Part shown: positions 11,538 through 24,824 of the stretch, piece by piece | Numbering within the stretch: the stretch's first letter is position 1 | Layout: each line of letters begins with the position of its first letter | Origin: Octopus sinensis | Lineage: Eukaryota | DNA length: 64,000 bases | Reading direction: 5' to 3' | NCBI RefSeq assembly: GCF_006345805.1 | Contig: NC_043025.1 | Location: forward strand, 15,996,001-16,060,000 | Made by a program: the position numbers and the translations under genes | Notes under the pieces: model-generated | What the model was told of the DNA's origin: nothing | Databases searched by the model: none | Seen by the model: the letters and a program-made list of their open reading frames with translations, nothing else

Positions 11538-13254
11538 GGCACCCATGCCAACCCCCTTTGCTTGCGAAGACATGTTGGGGCAATCGAAATCGAATTGAAC
11601 CAGCCAGGATCCCTGGTCTGGTGGTACGTAAAAAGCACTATCCGACTCGTGGCCAATGCCAGCACCGCCTCGACTGGCTTCCGTGCTGGTGGCACATAAA
11701 ATACACCAATCCGACCGTGGCTGTTGCCAGCCTCGCCTGGCACCTGTGCAGGTGGCACGTAAAAAGCACCCACTACACTCGCGGAGTGGTTGGCGTTAGG
11801 AAGGGCATCCAGCTGTAGAAACATTGCCAGATAAGACCGGAGCCTGGGGCAGCCTTCTGGCTTCCCAGATCCCCGGTCGAACCGTCCAACCCGTGCTAGC
11901 ATGGAGAACGGACATTAAACGATGATGATGATGATGATACACGATGTATCAGATAAGGGGATCAATTAAATAGGTAGAAAGAAAGCAACAGCAAAGCACA
12001 CCTCATGTCTTGAATAGAGAGAACTCAAAATATTCAAATAAATAGATTTATGGTTAGGGTTAAGAGAAACTGATACTTTACTGGCAAATCCAAAGAATAT
12101 GCCAGGATCATTGGCAGATTTAACCGTGTAGTTATCTTAATAAACATGGAACAAATAGATGATGTGGATATTATGCTCTCTTAGCTGCTATGATTCCCAA
12201 TGTCCTCATAATTCCCCCTTCCCCCACTCCCAATACCCTCCCCCTATAACTTCTGTGATCCCCCCCCCGCTTCCCAGCCACTCCTATATCTCTCAATCGC
12301 AATTGCTGCTCCTGTTTCCCATCTGACCATCTCTCCTCACATTCTTATGAAATTTCTTCCCTGTCTGCCCCCCCCTCTCCACCCTGCCTCCATCCAGTCC
12401 AATCCCCTGTATCACTCCACCTATATTCACCCCTCCCCATCCACTGTGCCTTGAGGGTATCTCCTGACACATCTCCACCACCATCTCTCTCCCTCTCTAA
12501 GTCTCTCTCTCCTTTCTTCTTCTCCAACCCAGGGTATCTTTGAATCCCTTTTACAGTATGACCCCTATCTCTACCCCTCTATTATTCTTTTAACCTCTCG
12601 TCAATTGCCACAAAGCCAACTCCCTCAATACTATTCCCCCCTCCCCCACCCCAGTTGAGGTGACTTTCTCTTGTCATGATACATCACCTAGTGACCCCAC
12701 CAGTGCTGGTACCACATAAAAAAAAGCACCCAGTCCACTCTGGTATGGTAGAGCTGGGTATAGTCCCCTGGCTTGCCAGCTCCTGTCAGACTGTCCAACC
12801 CATGCCAGCATGGAAAACCGACGTTAAATGATAACATGATCATAATGATTATTGCATATGTCTCAGCCAAAGTTACAACCAGTCCTTGATTAAGATTGAA
12901 TCTGTCCATCAAACGGATTGCCTGTTAACCCTCTGCCATTCAGAATTGTACCACTTATTTATTCATTTTGTTTTCAATTAATCCTACATTATCTTATAGC
13001 TTTGATGTGTTGGTGATGTCATCATCATCATTATATATCTGTTTTCTGTGCTAGCAGGGGCTGCACCAAATGCCATAGTGTTTTGGCTTGGTTTCTATGG
13101 CTTGATGCTCTTTCTAAAGCCAACCACTACACAGAGTGTCCTAGGTGCATTTTATGTAGCCCCCCCCCAATCACCAGTGCTTTTTGCATGGAAGCCAAAA
13201 CTGCACCAACACTTTTTACGTGCAACCTTGGTTTTAGGATCTCAGTTCCGTTGT

Positions 13255-13395
13255 GGTGGATGGGTCACAGCAATGTGTCACCTGCCTCAGTCCTCTGTCA
13301 TCTCTTCTATAAGGTCCAGCTTTTTGAGATTGGCCTTCAAAACTTCATCCCATGTCTTCCGAGGTTGCCCTCTTCCACAACTCTTCCCTTCACTT
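13255..13395 (-). mobile_element. RTE LINE 3' fragment
   Basis: The minus strand reads CGRGQPRKTWDEVLKANLKKLDL, like the C-terminus of the RTE at 18215-21330. A similar piece is at ~58365-58470. Confidence 0.6.
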
Positions 13396-14904
13396 TAAGT
13401 GACTGATGTGACTGTTTTTAGAATGACATTGTAGAATAAGTGGGAGAGGCTAGATCTGGCCAGTTTCAACAGAAAGCAATTAGAATATTTGGTCCAGATG
13501 TGGCCAGTCTGAATGCTAATGGGACACTGCACACTCTTACGTTTTATTTTGTCCTTTCATTTGAAAGTAATGAGTCTGTTTGGCAAATGATTTTGATTGG
13601 TTAATAACCTACTAACTCTACCATCCCTGACTGGAGCAATTGCTATATGCATCCATTCTTCAATGGAAAATTTCATTTGCTGTCATAATTCCTGTGGTGC
13701 ATTATCACATCATCATCATCATCATCATTTAACGTCCATTGTCCATGCTGGCATGAGTTGGCTGGTTTGACCAGGACTGATAAGCTGAGGGACTGTACCA
13801 GACTCCAGTCCAATTTGCAGTGTTTCTATGGTTGGATGCCCTTCCTAACACCAACCACTCCGAGAGTGTAGTGGGTGCTTTTACATGACACCAGCATCTG
13901 CCATGACTATGATTTCACTTGGCTTCATGGGTCTTCTTTCTCAAGCATGGCATAATGCCGAAGGTCTTGGTCACTTGTCATTGCCTCCGTGTGGCCCAAC
14001 ACTTGCAAGGTGCTTTCTACATGCCACCAGCATGGGTACCAGTTACATGACCCCATTGGCCACAACTATGATCTCACTTGATCTCATGGGCCTTCTCAAG
14101 CACAGCATATTGCCAAAGGTCTCAGTCACTAGTGATTACCTTTGTGAGGCCCAAAGTTTGAAGATCATGTTTCACCTTGATCCATGTCTTTCTGGGTCTA
14201 CCTCTACCACAAGTTCCCTCCACAGTTAGAGATCAGCACTTCTTTACACACTTGTACTATACCATACACCATAAACCTCAAATGGAATATTGCTTGATGT
14301 GGCAGTGTTATATATACATCTTACTACTGCACAATTTTATATAATGTTGCATGTTATTGCATTCCAAATTGTATGTTGCAATGTGTTAATAAATTTGCTA
14401 CTGAAGCATGTGTAGAATACCTGAATTATCTTTTCAGTTCATGTTTAATCAAATTCATTACCACTGCATTGTGTAAAAGTGCATTTATAAGCATGTAAGC
14501 ATCTTGAGAGTTTTTCAGAAGTCCTGTTAATGTTCCTCGGAGCAGAGTTTGCATCTCCTGGAAAGGATACTATATGGTTGTGCATGCCTTACTGTGGACT
14601 TAATTATATCATATTTAATTTTATCTTCCTTAAGTCGCCACACAAAATCAGCCAAATATGTTGAATGCTTCTTGTTGATTTTCTTGAGGCTGGTGATTCC
14701 ATTCAATGATTCTTGAATAGATCAGCTGCTGACCCAATGTAAAAATATACAGTCCTCCTATTATGTGTACAGTACATTTTTATACAATATTCGTCCTCAC
14801 ATAGAGGTTAATCAATGGGCATTTTGATGTTTCTCTGCATGAGCATTTATTAGATTTAGTTGTATGTATGTATATATGTGTGTATGTATATATATATATA
14901 TATA

Positions 14905-15402
14905 TCATCAGAGATGTCTCAGACACATTCTCAATGTTGGCTGGACCTCAAAAATTCCAGACACACAGATCCTGAGGACAGCTGATATCTTGAGTATTGA
15001 GGCGATGGTACACAAGCACCGGTTGTGTTGGACTGGACACCTTATTAGAATGAAGGATAGAAGGATTCCTAAGCAGATGCTCTATGGAGAACTTGTGAAT
15101 GGAAGGAGACTCCGGAAGAACCCAAGGCTGCGATTTAAGGACTGTGTCAAGTCCTCATTAAAGGCCTGTAATATGCAGGACACTGACTGGGAGAACAATG
15201 CCTGTCATCGCCACAGATGGAGGTAGCAGGTTAAGGAGGAGATCGACACTTTTGAGAGAGCATGTATCCAGCATGAAGAACTTAAGCGAGCAGCGCGAAA
15301 GCGCATGGCTCGTATAGTGAATGGGGAAAGCTTGGTCTGCAATGTTTGCAGTCGTGTATGCTTGTCAAGAGCAGGGCTCATTAGCCACCAACGGAGCCAC
15401 AA
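14905..15402 (+). mobile_element. RTE (BovB-like) LINE 3' fragment with C-terminal C2H2 finger
   Basis: HQRCLRHIL..WTGHLIRM..IPKQMLYGEL..PRLRFKD. After a stop: CNVCSRVCLSRAGLISHQRSH. Confidence 0.8.
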
Positions 15403-15405
15403 ATT

Positions 15406-15437
<32 letters not shown>

Positions 15438-15836
15438 ATATATTTATATATATATCAATAATAAAGAGTGAAATTAATTAATTTAGAAATAATCATTAAT
15501 TTCACCAAGTAGAGTTCGGCATGTAAAAGCCCCATTCAAGGAAGGTTTAAGTAATACTAAGTAATTAAGGGTTTAGCAACGATTTGCCTCACCACACACC
15601 GAATTTAGAAATAGCAGTCAAAAAGTTTTGGCTATTCTTTCTACTTAAAAGGGAGATCCCAGTAAAAGCAAAGCACTTAATAAGCAAACGACGCAGTTTC
15701 CGTCTACCAAATCCACTCACAAGGCATTGGTCGGCCCGGGGCTATAGCAGAAGACACTTGCCCAAGATGCCACGCAGTGGGACTGAACCCGGAACCATGT
15801 GGTTAGTTAGCAAGCTACTTACCACACAGCCAATCC

Positions 15837-15887
<51 letters not shown>

Positions 15888-15904
15888 TTATATATAAGCT
15901 TAGA

Positions 15905-18171
15905 TATGTTTCGACCAAAGATTGGTCCAGGCCATGTCTAACTTAATAGCACCACCTGATAGGATTATTTGAATCCTGTTTAAGTCAAGTTTTGCTTATG
16001 GTCCATTCAAGTAGTGAGGTTTTGTTGGGTGAGTTGTATCCAATTATGGGTGGCTTATCTGGTATTCCTTGAAGGAATCTATCCAGACTCCATTTAAAGT
16101 TGATGGGATCCTTTACCTCTTTGATCTCTTTCGGGACAATGTTAAATAGGGCAGGGCCTGTTGAGGAAAAGAAATTATGTTGTAGTGTATATGTATGCTG
16201 TGATCTTGAATTGGGCAGGGGACGTATGGCCCGTGGTCCCAGTCTTGGATGAACCTTGAAGCTTATGTTCAGGTCGTTTGGGCAAAGTTGGTGGTATATT
16301 CTCCACATCGTACAAATGATGTACCGCTCATGGCAACGTTGGAGAGAGTAAAGTTTCAAGGCTTTAAGGCGATCCCAATAATCGAGAGCAGCCATGCCTT
16401 CAATTCGTTTAGTGAGTGCCCTCTGGGGTGACTCAATTCTGGAGATGTTTTGTCTTGTATGGGGAGACCACAGTGGGCAGCAGTATTCGAGGTGTGGCCG
16501 TACAAAGGAGGAGAATAGTGGTATGATGACACCTTGTTCTCTGGACCGGAAAGTTCTTAAGATCCAGGAACTCATCCTACGAGCTATATCGAACTTCTTG
16601 TTGATGTGTGCACTCCAACTTAGATCGTCATCAACAATTACACCTAGGTCTCTGATGTTTTTAGAGGCTGTGAGCGGTTCCTCTGAAGGAAGAGAGTATG
16701 GTTGTTTTAGTGAGGAATTTCTTCCAAAATGCATCAACTCAAATTTTCCCTCGTTCAGTTGCATTTTGTTTCTGTCTGCCCATTGATTCACAGCATATAG
16801 ATCAGACTGGAGTTGAGTTCGGTCTGCTTCTTCATTGACGATTTGATGGGGCTTAGTGTCATCAGCAAATATTTTCACTTTGCAGTAATGTACGACACTG
16901 GAAAGGTCGTTTATGTAAATTATGAAGAGTAGCGGACCCAAAACAGTCCCCTGGGGAACACCGCTGGTGACTTTTGCTGGGTTTGAGTAGACTCCATCAA
17001 CTACATGTTGAGTTCTATTCGCCAGGAAATACTTAATCCAGTGTAGAACTTTTCCACGGATTCCAACATTTGCCAATTTTGAGAGTAGGATATTATGGTC
17101 TACCCTGTCGAACGCTTTACTGAAGTCAAGATATATGACGTCAGAGTTCGAACCTGTTCCCAAGGCTTTGAATACATCTTCAATGTGGTGTAAGAGCTGT
17201 GTTAGACAGTCCCTTCCACAGCGAAAGCCATGCTGATTTGCATTTAGGAGTTTCTGGGTCTCCAGGAAGTCAGCCATCCTTGATCTTAACATTCTTTCAA
17301 ACACTTTGATGATGTGGGAGGTGAGTGAGATTGGGCGATAGTTGACTACGAGGGATCTGTTTCCCTGTTTGAAAACCGGGATGACCGACTGGGATAGAAA
17401 CTGTTTCGGTATATAACCTGCATCTAACGAATTTCTCCAGAGGTTGGTCAGAGGGACTGCAAGTTGGTGTCTACATTCCTTCAGGAGACTAGCGGGAAAT
17501 CTATCAGGGCCCACAGCAGAGTAGTATTTGACCTCATTTATTGCTGCTATGATGTCAGTGGCAGTGAAGGTTATGTCTGAGATTTTGTGTTGGGAGTCAA
17601 CTTCGTTCGCTTCTCTTGCGTCAATATCAGTGGGAACACTAAAGACAGAGCAGTATTGTTTCTGCAGTATTTCTGCCATTTCTTTAGCATCGTGTTGGGG
17701 AATGCCGTTATCATCAATCAATGGCCCAATGGGTGAGACAGTGGTTCTATGCTTATTTGCATAAGAATAGAACACTTTTGGGTTCTGTTTGATGTTTTTG
17801 ATTACCCATTGTTCCTCCACAGCTCTTTGATTTTCAATGGAGGTTTTCATGTTGGTCTGCAGATGAAGTTTTTCCAGCTCTAGTCTTTTCATTGTTGTTG
17901 AATGTGGATGTTGTTTGTGGGAATATTTTAATTGGTTGATTTTTTTGTTGAGACTTTTGATGCGCCTGATGAGTGTTTTTTTCTTTTTAGGGAGCCGGTT
18001 TCTGTTTGTGTTAGTAGATTTCGTGGGAGCGTGTTTAGAGCATGAATATGTGACAATGTTTTCAAAGTGCTGCCATGCGGTCTCAATATGAGAGGAATTG
18101 AGAGTAAAAGACCAGTCGATGGAAGACAGATCCTTTCTGATTGCTCCCCAGTCCGCTTTGTGGACTGATAG

Positions 18172-18172
<1 letters not shown>
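15905..18172 (-). mobile_element. CR1-clade LINE, 5'-truncated, with an open 729-aa RT-containing ORF
   Basis: YRPISLTSHIIKVFER, QHGFR, YLDFSKAFDRVDH, GVPQGTVLGPLLF, FADDTK, RPHLEYC..WSPH. No APE domain is present. A 3' hairpin GACCAA-tct-TTGGTC lies near 15907-15921. Confidence 0.9.
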
Positions 18173-18206
<34 letters not shown>

Positions 18207-18214
18207 TATTTCAC

Positions 18215-21200
18215 ATCTCCTTCCCAGTTTTTAGAGTTGGCACTGTCAATGTTGGTACATTGAAAGGTAGGTCTAGTGAGATTGTAGAGGTGCTTGAGAG
18301 AAGACGGTTGATGTATGCTGCATACAAGAGGTAAGATGAAGAGGTGCTTCAGCTAGGGTCCTCACAGGCAAGGCACATAGGTATAAAGTCTTCTGGCCAG
18401 GTAACATGGATGGTGTAGGGGGTGTGGGCATTCTCCTTGCGGAGAAATGGGTGGATAAGGTCATAGAGGTTGTCAGGGTTTGCGATAGAGTGCTTAAGCT
18501 CAGGTTAGTCCTACAGAGTGGCACAGCTACGATTATCTCTGCCTATGCCCCACAAGCGGGACTACCAAATGATCAGAAGGACCAATTTTATGATACCCTT
18601 CTACAGGCTACCTCAAAGACTAGTGGCAAGGACCTCATCTTTGTGGGTGGAGACTTTAATGGGCATGTCGGGCGGAAATCGGGTATCTTCACTGGGGTAC
18701 ACGGTGGCCATGGTATTGGCACCAGAAATGATGAGGGAACTAGATTACTGGAATTCTGTGATGCATGTAACCTTTTAGTCTGCAACACCAACTTCAGGAA
18801 GCCAGACTGCCTCCTTATAACCTATCAGTCAGGAGACTCCGCTAGCCAAATAGACTTCATCCTCACCAGACAGCGGGATGCAGGGTCACTCTTAAATACA
18901 AAGACCCTCCCGGGTGAAGAATGTATCCCTCAGCATAGGCTAATCATCAGTGACTTTAAGCTTGAGGCCAGAAGGACTCCAAGAAACAAACCAATCCAGA
19001 AAAGAAGGATTTGGAAGCTAAAGAACCCTTCACATGGTCAGAGATTTAGGGACATCCTCATCAAGAAATTTAATGAGAGGGAGGAGGAGCTTCAGACGAC
19101 GGACATAGAAGGTAGCTGGGAATTCCTACGGGACAGCTTGCTGAGTGCCACAGACCAAGTCTGTGGATGGTGCAAAGTCCCTTCCAGACCTAGAGTTACG
19201 TGGTGGTGGAATAGTGCAGTAGACAAAGCCATTAGTGCAAAGAGACAGACCTGGAAAGCCTGGAGGGATGGGGGCAGCAGGGAACTGTACCAGGTAGCCA
19301 AAAGGGAGGCTGGGCAGCAGGTATACATAGCCAAAGATGTAGCAGAAAAAAGAAGTTTGCCAATGTCCAGCGACGTGAGGACCAAAGAGCTGAGGTATTT
19401 CGGATTGCAAGACAGTGTGTGAGAGAAAATAGTGATGTTACAGGAGAGAAATGCGTCCGCATGGATGATGGGGCACTTGCTTTTAATGTTGGTGAAAAGA
19501 AAGAGGCTTGGAGAAGCCATTATGAAAGACTGCTGAATGTGGAGAATGAATGGGAGGAGGAGAGCCTGCCAAATATTGACCCAGTAGAGGGACCAGCTAT
19601 CTGAATAGACAGCTCCCTTGTAGTTAAGGCAATTAAGGATATGAAAACAGGTAAATCCCCCGGCCCATCAGGAATCACTGCTGAGATGCTTAAAACAGCT
19701 GGCTATGTGGGCTATGGCCTAGTCACCCGTATTGTAAACCAGGTAGTTCATAATGGAGTCATACCCAATGACTGGCGTAGCAGCACCATAGTTAATTGCT
19801 ACAAGGGTAAGGGTGATGCTCTAGATAGAAATAACTACAGGGGTATTAAACTGTTGGATCAGGTGATGAAGGTCACAGAGAGGGTCATAACCCATCTCAT
19901 TAGGGAGAGAATTTGCTTAGATGAGATGCAGTTCGGTTTTGTGCCGGGTAGAAGCACCACTGATGCTATATTCCTGGTCCGACAACTGCAGGAGAAGTAC
20001 CTAGCTAAAGATAAACCCCTCTACATAGCTTTTGTGGACTTGGAGAAAGCCTTTGACAGGGTTCCCCGATCCCTTATCTGGTGGTCGATGCGGAAACTGG
20101 AAATTGACGAATGGCTAATAAGGGCTGTACAGGCCCTATACAGAGAGGCTGTCAGCAAGGTTAGGATTGGCAATGAATATAGTGAAGAATTCCGGGTAGA
20201 AGTAGGTGTACACCAAGGCTCAGCCCTCAGTCCCTTTGTATTCATCATAGTCCTCCAGGCAATAACAGAGGAATTCAAAACAGGATGCCCCTGGGAGCTC
20301 CTCTATGCTGATGACCTGGCCCTCATAGCAGAATCACTACCGGAACTAAAAAAGAAATTTCGGGTCTGGAAACAAGGGTTAGAATCAAAGGGCCTTAGAG
20401 TAAATGTAGCAAAGACCAAAGTTATAGTAAGTAGAAAGGCGAACTCAGCACACACCCCCTCGGGCAGGTGGCCCTGCTCGATCTGTAGGAAAGGTGTAGG
20501 TAGAAACTCCATAAGATGCACCCAATGTAAGCTATGGACACATAAGAGGTGCAGCAACATCAAAGGGAAATTAACTGATAAGATAGCTTTCATGTGCGGC
20601 AGATGCACAGGGACAATAGACACCACAAATACTCAGAAAACAGATTCCATCACACTCCAGGGGGAGAAACTAGAAGTAGTTGATAGTTTCCGCTACCTGG
20701 GTGACCAAGTTAGTAGTGGAGGTGGATGCTCAGAGAGTATCACCACTAGAATACGAATAGCCTAGGCAAAGTTCAGAAAGCTCCTACCCCTACTGGCGAC
20801 AAAGGGTCTCTCGCTCAGAGTGAAAGGTAGATTGTATGATGCATGTGTGCGAACTGCCATGCTTCACGGCAGTGAAACATGGGCTGTGACTGCAGAGGAC
20901 ATGCGTAGACTTGAAAGAAATGAAGCTAGCATGATCCGTTGGATGTGTAATGTCAGTGTGCGCGCACGACAGAGTGTAAGCATCCTAAGAGAAATGCTGG
21001 ATATAAGAAGCATCAGATGTGGAGTGCAAGAGCGACGCTTGCGATGGTATGGTCATGTACTGCGGATGGATGAGGAGAGATGTGTGAAGAAATGCCACTC
21101 CCAAACAGTTGAAGGTATCAGGGGGAGAAGTAGACCCAGGAAGACATGGGATGAGGTAGTCAAGCATGACCTGAGAGCGTTGGGCCTCATTGAGGCAATG

Positions 21201-21330
21201 GCGAAGGACCGAGATCTCTGGAGATATGGTGTGACTGCAAAGACCCGGGCTGCTTCCTGCACCAGTTCCGCATAGGCCCCTGCCCATTCAAAGTACCCCG
21301 GATCCCAGAACATCCCGCTTACTGTGGTTA
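18215..21330 (+). mobile_element. RTE-clade LINE, near-complete but disrupted ORF (APE + RT + PHD-type finger)
   Basis: APE: VGTVNVGTL, GGDFNGHVG, SQIDFIL, QHRLIISDF. RT: YRGIKLL, QFGF, DLEKAFDRVP, GVHQGSALSP, YADDL. Stops at ~18338, 19602 and 20763, and a frameshift near 19370. Confidence 0.92.
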
Positions 21331-21594
21331 AGCCCCAGGAAAAAAATCTTTTCCAGCAGAATAGGCACATACCACCTCCCCCCCTTTCATTACCTTCCTC
21401 TTTCCTCCCTCCACCTGGATCCACTTCCATTCCTCATTATCTTCCTCCAGCCATGCCCTCCCCTCTCTGCTATATTCCACCCATCCTTAACACCTCTCTT
21501 ATCCTCTGTCACTCCCCAAACCCTCATATATCTCTCACCTTCAATTACTATATCTGCCTGTCTGTCTGTCTGTCTATCTATTTATCTGTCTGTG

Positions 21595-21627
<33 letters not shown>

Positions 21628-22777
21628 GTGTCTGTCTGTCTGTCTATGTCGGTCTGTCTATATATATGTATCTATTGATTGATCGATTGAAGCCAGTTAA
21701 ACACAGGTGGGCTTAATCAGTATAATTATATTAATTATTTGGAATACAAAAGCATTGCTGTCACTGTTATCTTGACAGCTGTTTAGGGTTTGGGTGAATC
21801 ATAATTTACAATAGAACTCCCTCTGCCTCTCTTCCCCCTCTCACTCTCTCTCTGTCTCTGTGTATTCATCTCTGTCCATCGTATTATCCTCCTCTACTTT
21901 TCCATGCTCATCTCTGTCAGGTGTTCGTTTTTCTTCCATTTGCCGACCCTCACCTGTTTCGAAACAAGGTAATGACACTCCACCCATGACCACCTCAATC
22001 AGTACAATAATCGCACATGTTTCCACTGGCATTTGCATAACTGTGTCCCTTGTTTATAATTAACTCATGATATCATGACGAGGAGGCCTAAGAATTAAGT
22101 ACCCCCACACCCCCACACACACACCTGTGCTCATAAACACACACACACACACACACGCATACTCACGCATCCATACATACAAGTGCTGCCATAGCTGTGT
22201 GGTTAAGAAGCTTGCTTTGCGATCATGTGGTTCTGAGTTCAGTCCCACTGTGTGGCCATAGGGCAACTGTCTTTTGCTATAACCCTGCAGCCAATCGATG
22301 CCTTATGAGTGGGTTTGGTAGGTGGAGACTGAAAGAAGCCTGTCATATGTATGCATGTGTGTGTGTGTGTGTGTTTGGCCTCCTCCCAATGACTTAGTAA
22401 CCAGTGTTAGTTTGTTTACATCCCTGTGAATTAGTGGTTTAGTAAAAGAGACTGATAGAATAAGTACCAAATCAAAATAAAAAATGGTATTGACGTCAAT
22501 TTGTTTGAGAAACTATCAGAATTTTTTTTATGACACATGTATACTAGTAACAATAATAATAATCCTTTCTACTATAGGCACAAGGCCAGACATTTGGAGG
22601 GGGTGGTGCAAGTCGATTACATCGACCCCAATGCATCACTGGTATTTATGTTATCGTCCCTTAAAGGATGAAAGGCAAAGTCGACCTCAGTGGAATTTGA
22701 ACTCAGAACATAGCGGCAGACAAAATACTGCTAAGTATTTCGCCTGAATTGCTAACAATTCTGCCAGCTCACCACCT

Positions 22778-22815
<38 letters not shown>

Positions 22816-22816
<1 letters not shown>

Positions 22817-23236
22817 TTGTCAGTTGTTTGACCTTAACCAGTTGAGCATGTCCCTTAGTGGCTGACGATATGTGCATCTCTGATCACGAGCAGAAGTAGT
22901 GGGGGAGCATCATAGCCATGTGTTGAGAGGGATTCTTTGGGGTTTGAATAGTTCACCTCTGGAAACATGGGTGGTTCTTTCAACATCCTTAAACAACCCT
23001 TATTCAGGGACCGTTTGAGCGGGATGGGCTACTCAACCTGAAGAAAATTCTAACTGGGCCCCACCTGCAAGGTCATGTGCTGTTTATCTTGATATGAGAT
23101 CACCATGTCGCGCACATATGGTTGTGATGCATGTGCCTGGTGTACCTTTATCAGACGGGTAGTCATGATGGGTATATTGGGCTTCGTATATTTTACCCCA
23201 GTGTCACTTTTATGGCATGAACTGCTCTCTCACTCA
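22816..23236 (+). mobile_element. Unclassified interspersed repeat (family E), second copy
   Basis: Matches the reverse complement of 8673-9100 and ends in (AAT)n. Confidence 0.7.
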
Positions 23237-23524
23237 ATAATAATGATAATAATAAACCTTTCTGCTGGAAGAACAATCCCTCAAATTTGTGGGGAGGGAC
23301 AAGTTGACTACATTGACCCCCAGTGCATAACAGGTACTTATTTAATTGACCACCGAAAGGATGAATGGCTAAGTCAACCTCAGCAGAATTTGAACTCAGA
23401 ACATAGTGGCAGACGAAATACCGCTAAGCATTTCGCCCGGTGTGCTAACCATTCGGCCAGATTACTGCCTTTAATAATGATGATAATAATAACAACAACA
23501 ACAATGATTTCTTTTAAAATTATA

Positions 23525-24310
23525 ACGTTTCGTGGCCGTTTGCCAGCTCTGTCTGGTCCCCGTGTTGGTGGCACGTAAAAGCACCATCCGTTCGTGTCCA
23601 TTGCCAGCCTCGCCTGGCCCCCGTGCCGGTGACACGTAAAAGCACCATCCGTTTCGTGGCCATTTGCCAGCTCTGTCTGGCCCCCGTGTTGGTGGCACGT
23701 AAAAGCACCATCCGTTCGTGTCCATTGCCAGCCTCGCCTGGCCCCCGTGCCGGTGACACGTAAAAGCACCATCCGTTTCGTGGCCGTTTGCCAGCTCTGT
23801 CTGGCCCCCGTGTTGGTGGCACGTAAAAGCACCATCCGTTCGTGTCCATTGCCAGCCTCGCCTGGCCCCCGTGCCGGTGACACGTAAAAGCACCATCCGT
23901 TTCGTGGCCGTTTGCCAGCTCTCTGGCCCCCGTGTTGGTGGCACGTAAAAGCACCATCCGTTCGTGTCCATTGCCAGCCTCGCCTGGTCCCCGTGCCGGT
24001 GACACGTAAAAGCACCATCCGTTTGTGTCCATTGCCAGCCTCGCCTGGCCCCCGTGCCGGTGACACGTAAAAGCACCATCCGTTTCATGGCCGTTTGCCA
24101 GCTCTGCCTGGCACCCGTGCGGGTGGCACGTAAAAAGCACCCACTACACTCACAGAGTGGTTGGCATTAGGAAGGGCATCCAGCCGTAGAAACACTGCCA
24201 GATTTGACTGGGCCTGATGAAGCCTTCCAGCTTCACAGACCCCAGTTGAACCGTCCAACCCATGCTAGCATGGAAAGCGGACGCTAAATGATGATGATGA
24301 TGATGATGAT
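23525..24310 (+). repeat. Family C element with ~10 tandem 61-64-bp modules alternating between two variants
   Basis: ttgccagc(tctgtc|ctcgcc)tggcccccgtg(ttggtgg|ccggtga)cacgtaaaagcaccatccg repeats over 23528-24130, followed by the standard family C 3' half. Confidence 0.9.
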
Positions 24311-24671
24311 GATAATAAGAACTGTGCATTTTTTATTTTTGTGTTTTGTGCATTTGATTAAAGTTTTTTTTTTAATGTAAATTAATTAAATAAAATAATT
24401 ATTTCCTTGCACCTCATTTCTTGTTTTGGCAAATTCCTTCACTTTAATATTGTTTCTTTCTTGATGATCTTGTTTTTTTTGTTGTTCTTCTTCTTCTCCC
24501 CTCCTCCTCCTCCCCCTCCTCCTCTAATCCTCCCACCTTTTGTGTGTTGTACTCTTTTGTTCTTTGAGGTTTTCTCCTCAATCTCTTGTCCCCACCACCA
24601 CCACCACTCTCCCGCCATTAAACCACTTTACTATTATTAATATTACCATTTGTTTTGTTGTCTTTGACCAG

Positions 24672-24699
24672 ATGCAGGATTTAACCTATGGTGATCTGG
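24672..24699 (+). CDS. Exon C (28-nt micro-exon, MQDLTYGDL-G)
   Basis: tctttgaccag|ATG...CTGG|gtgagt. Encodes the family-typical TYGDLG helix before TM3. Phase 0 in, phase 1 out. Confidence 0.87.
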
Positions 24700-24824
24700 G
24701 TGAGTTTTTTTTCCCCCTGTTTGGTCTATACAGATAGCCTTGTATTTATCTACGTCTATGTATGTGTCTGTCTGTCTGTCAGTATCTATCTACCTATCTA
24801 TCTATCTATATATATATATATATA

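Noticed and set aside
15900-15935. GACCAA-tct-TTGGTC-GAAAC at the CR1 3' end as a hammerhead
   Set aside because: There is no CUGANGA core upstream. It is better explained as the LINE 3' stem-loop.
18330-19610. In-frame TGA codons in the RTE ORF as selenocysteine or read-through
   Set aside because: They fall at expected Trp/Arg positions and co-occur with a frameshift and a TAG, consistent with decay. None is seen in the Penelope RT ORF either.
24205-24240. CTGATGA followed by a hairpin in family C (also ~50964, ~54180, ~54953) and CTGATGA at ~55888 as hammerheads
   Set aside because: No GAAA follows stem II and there is no stem III or cleavage triplet.
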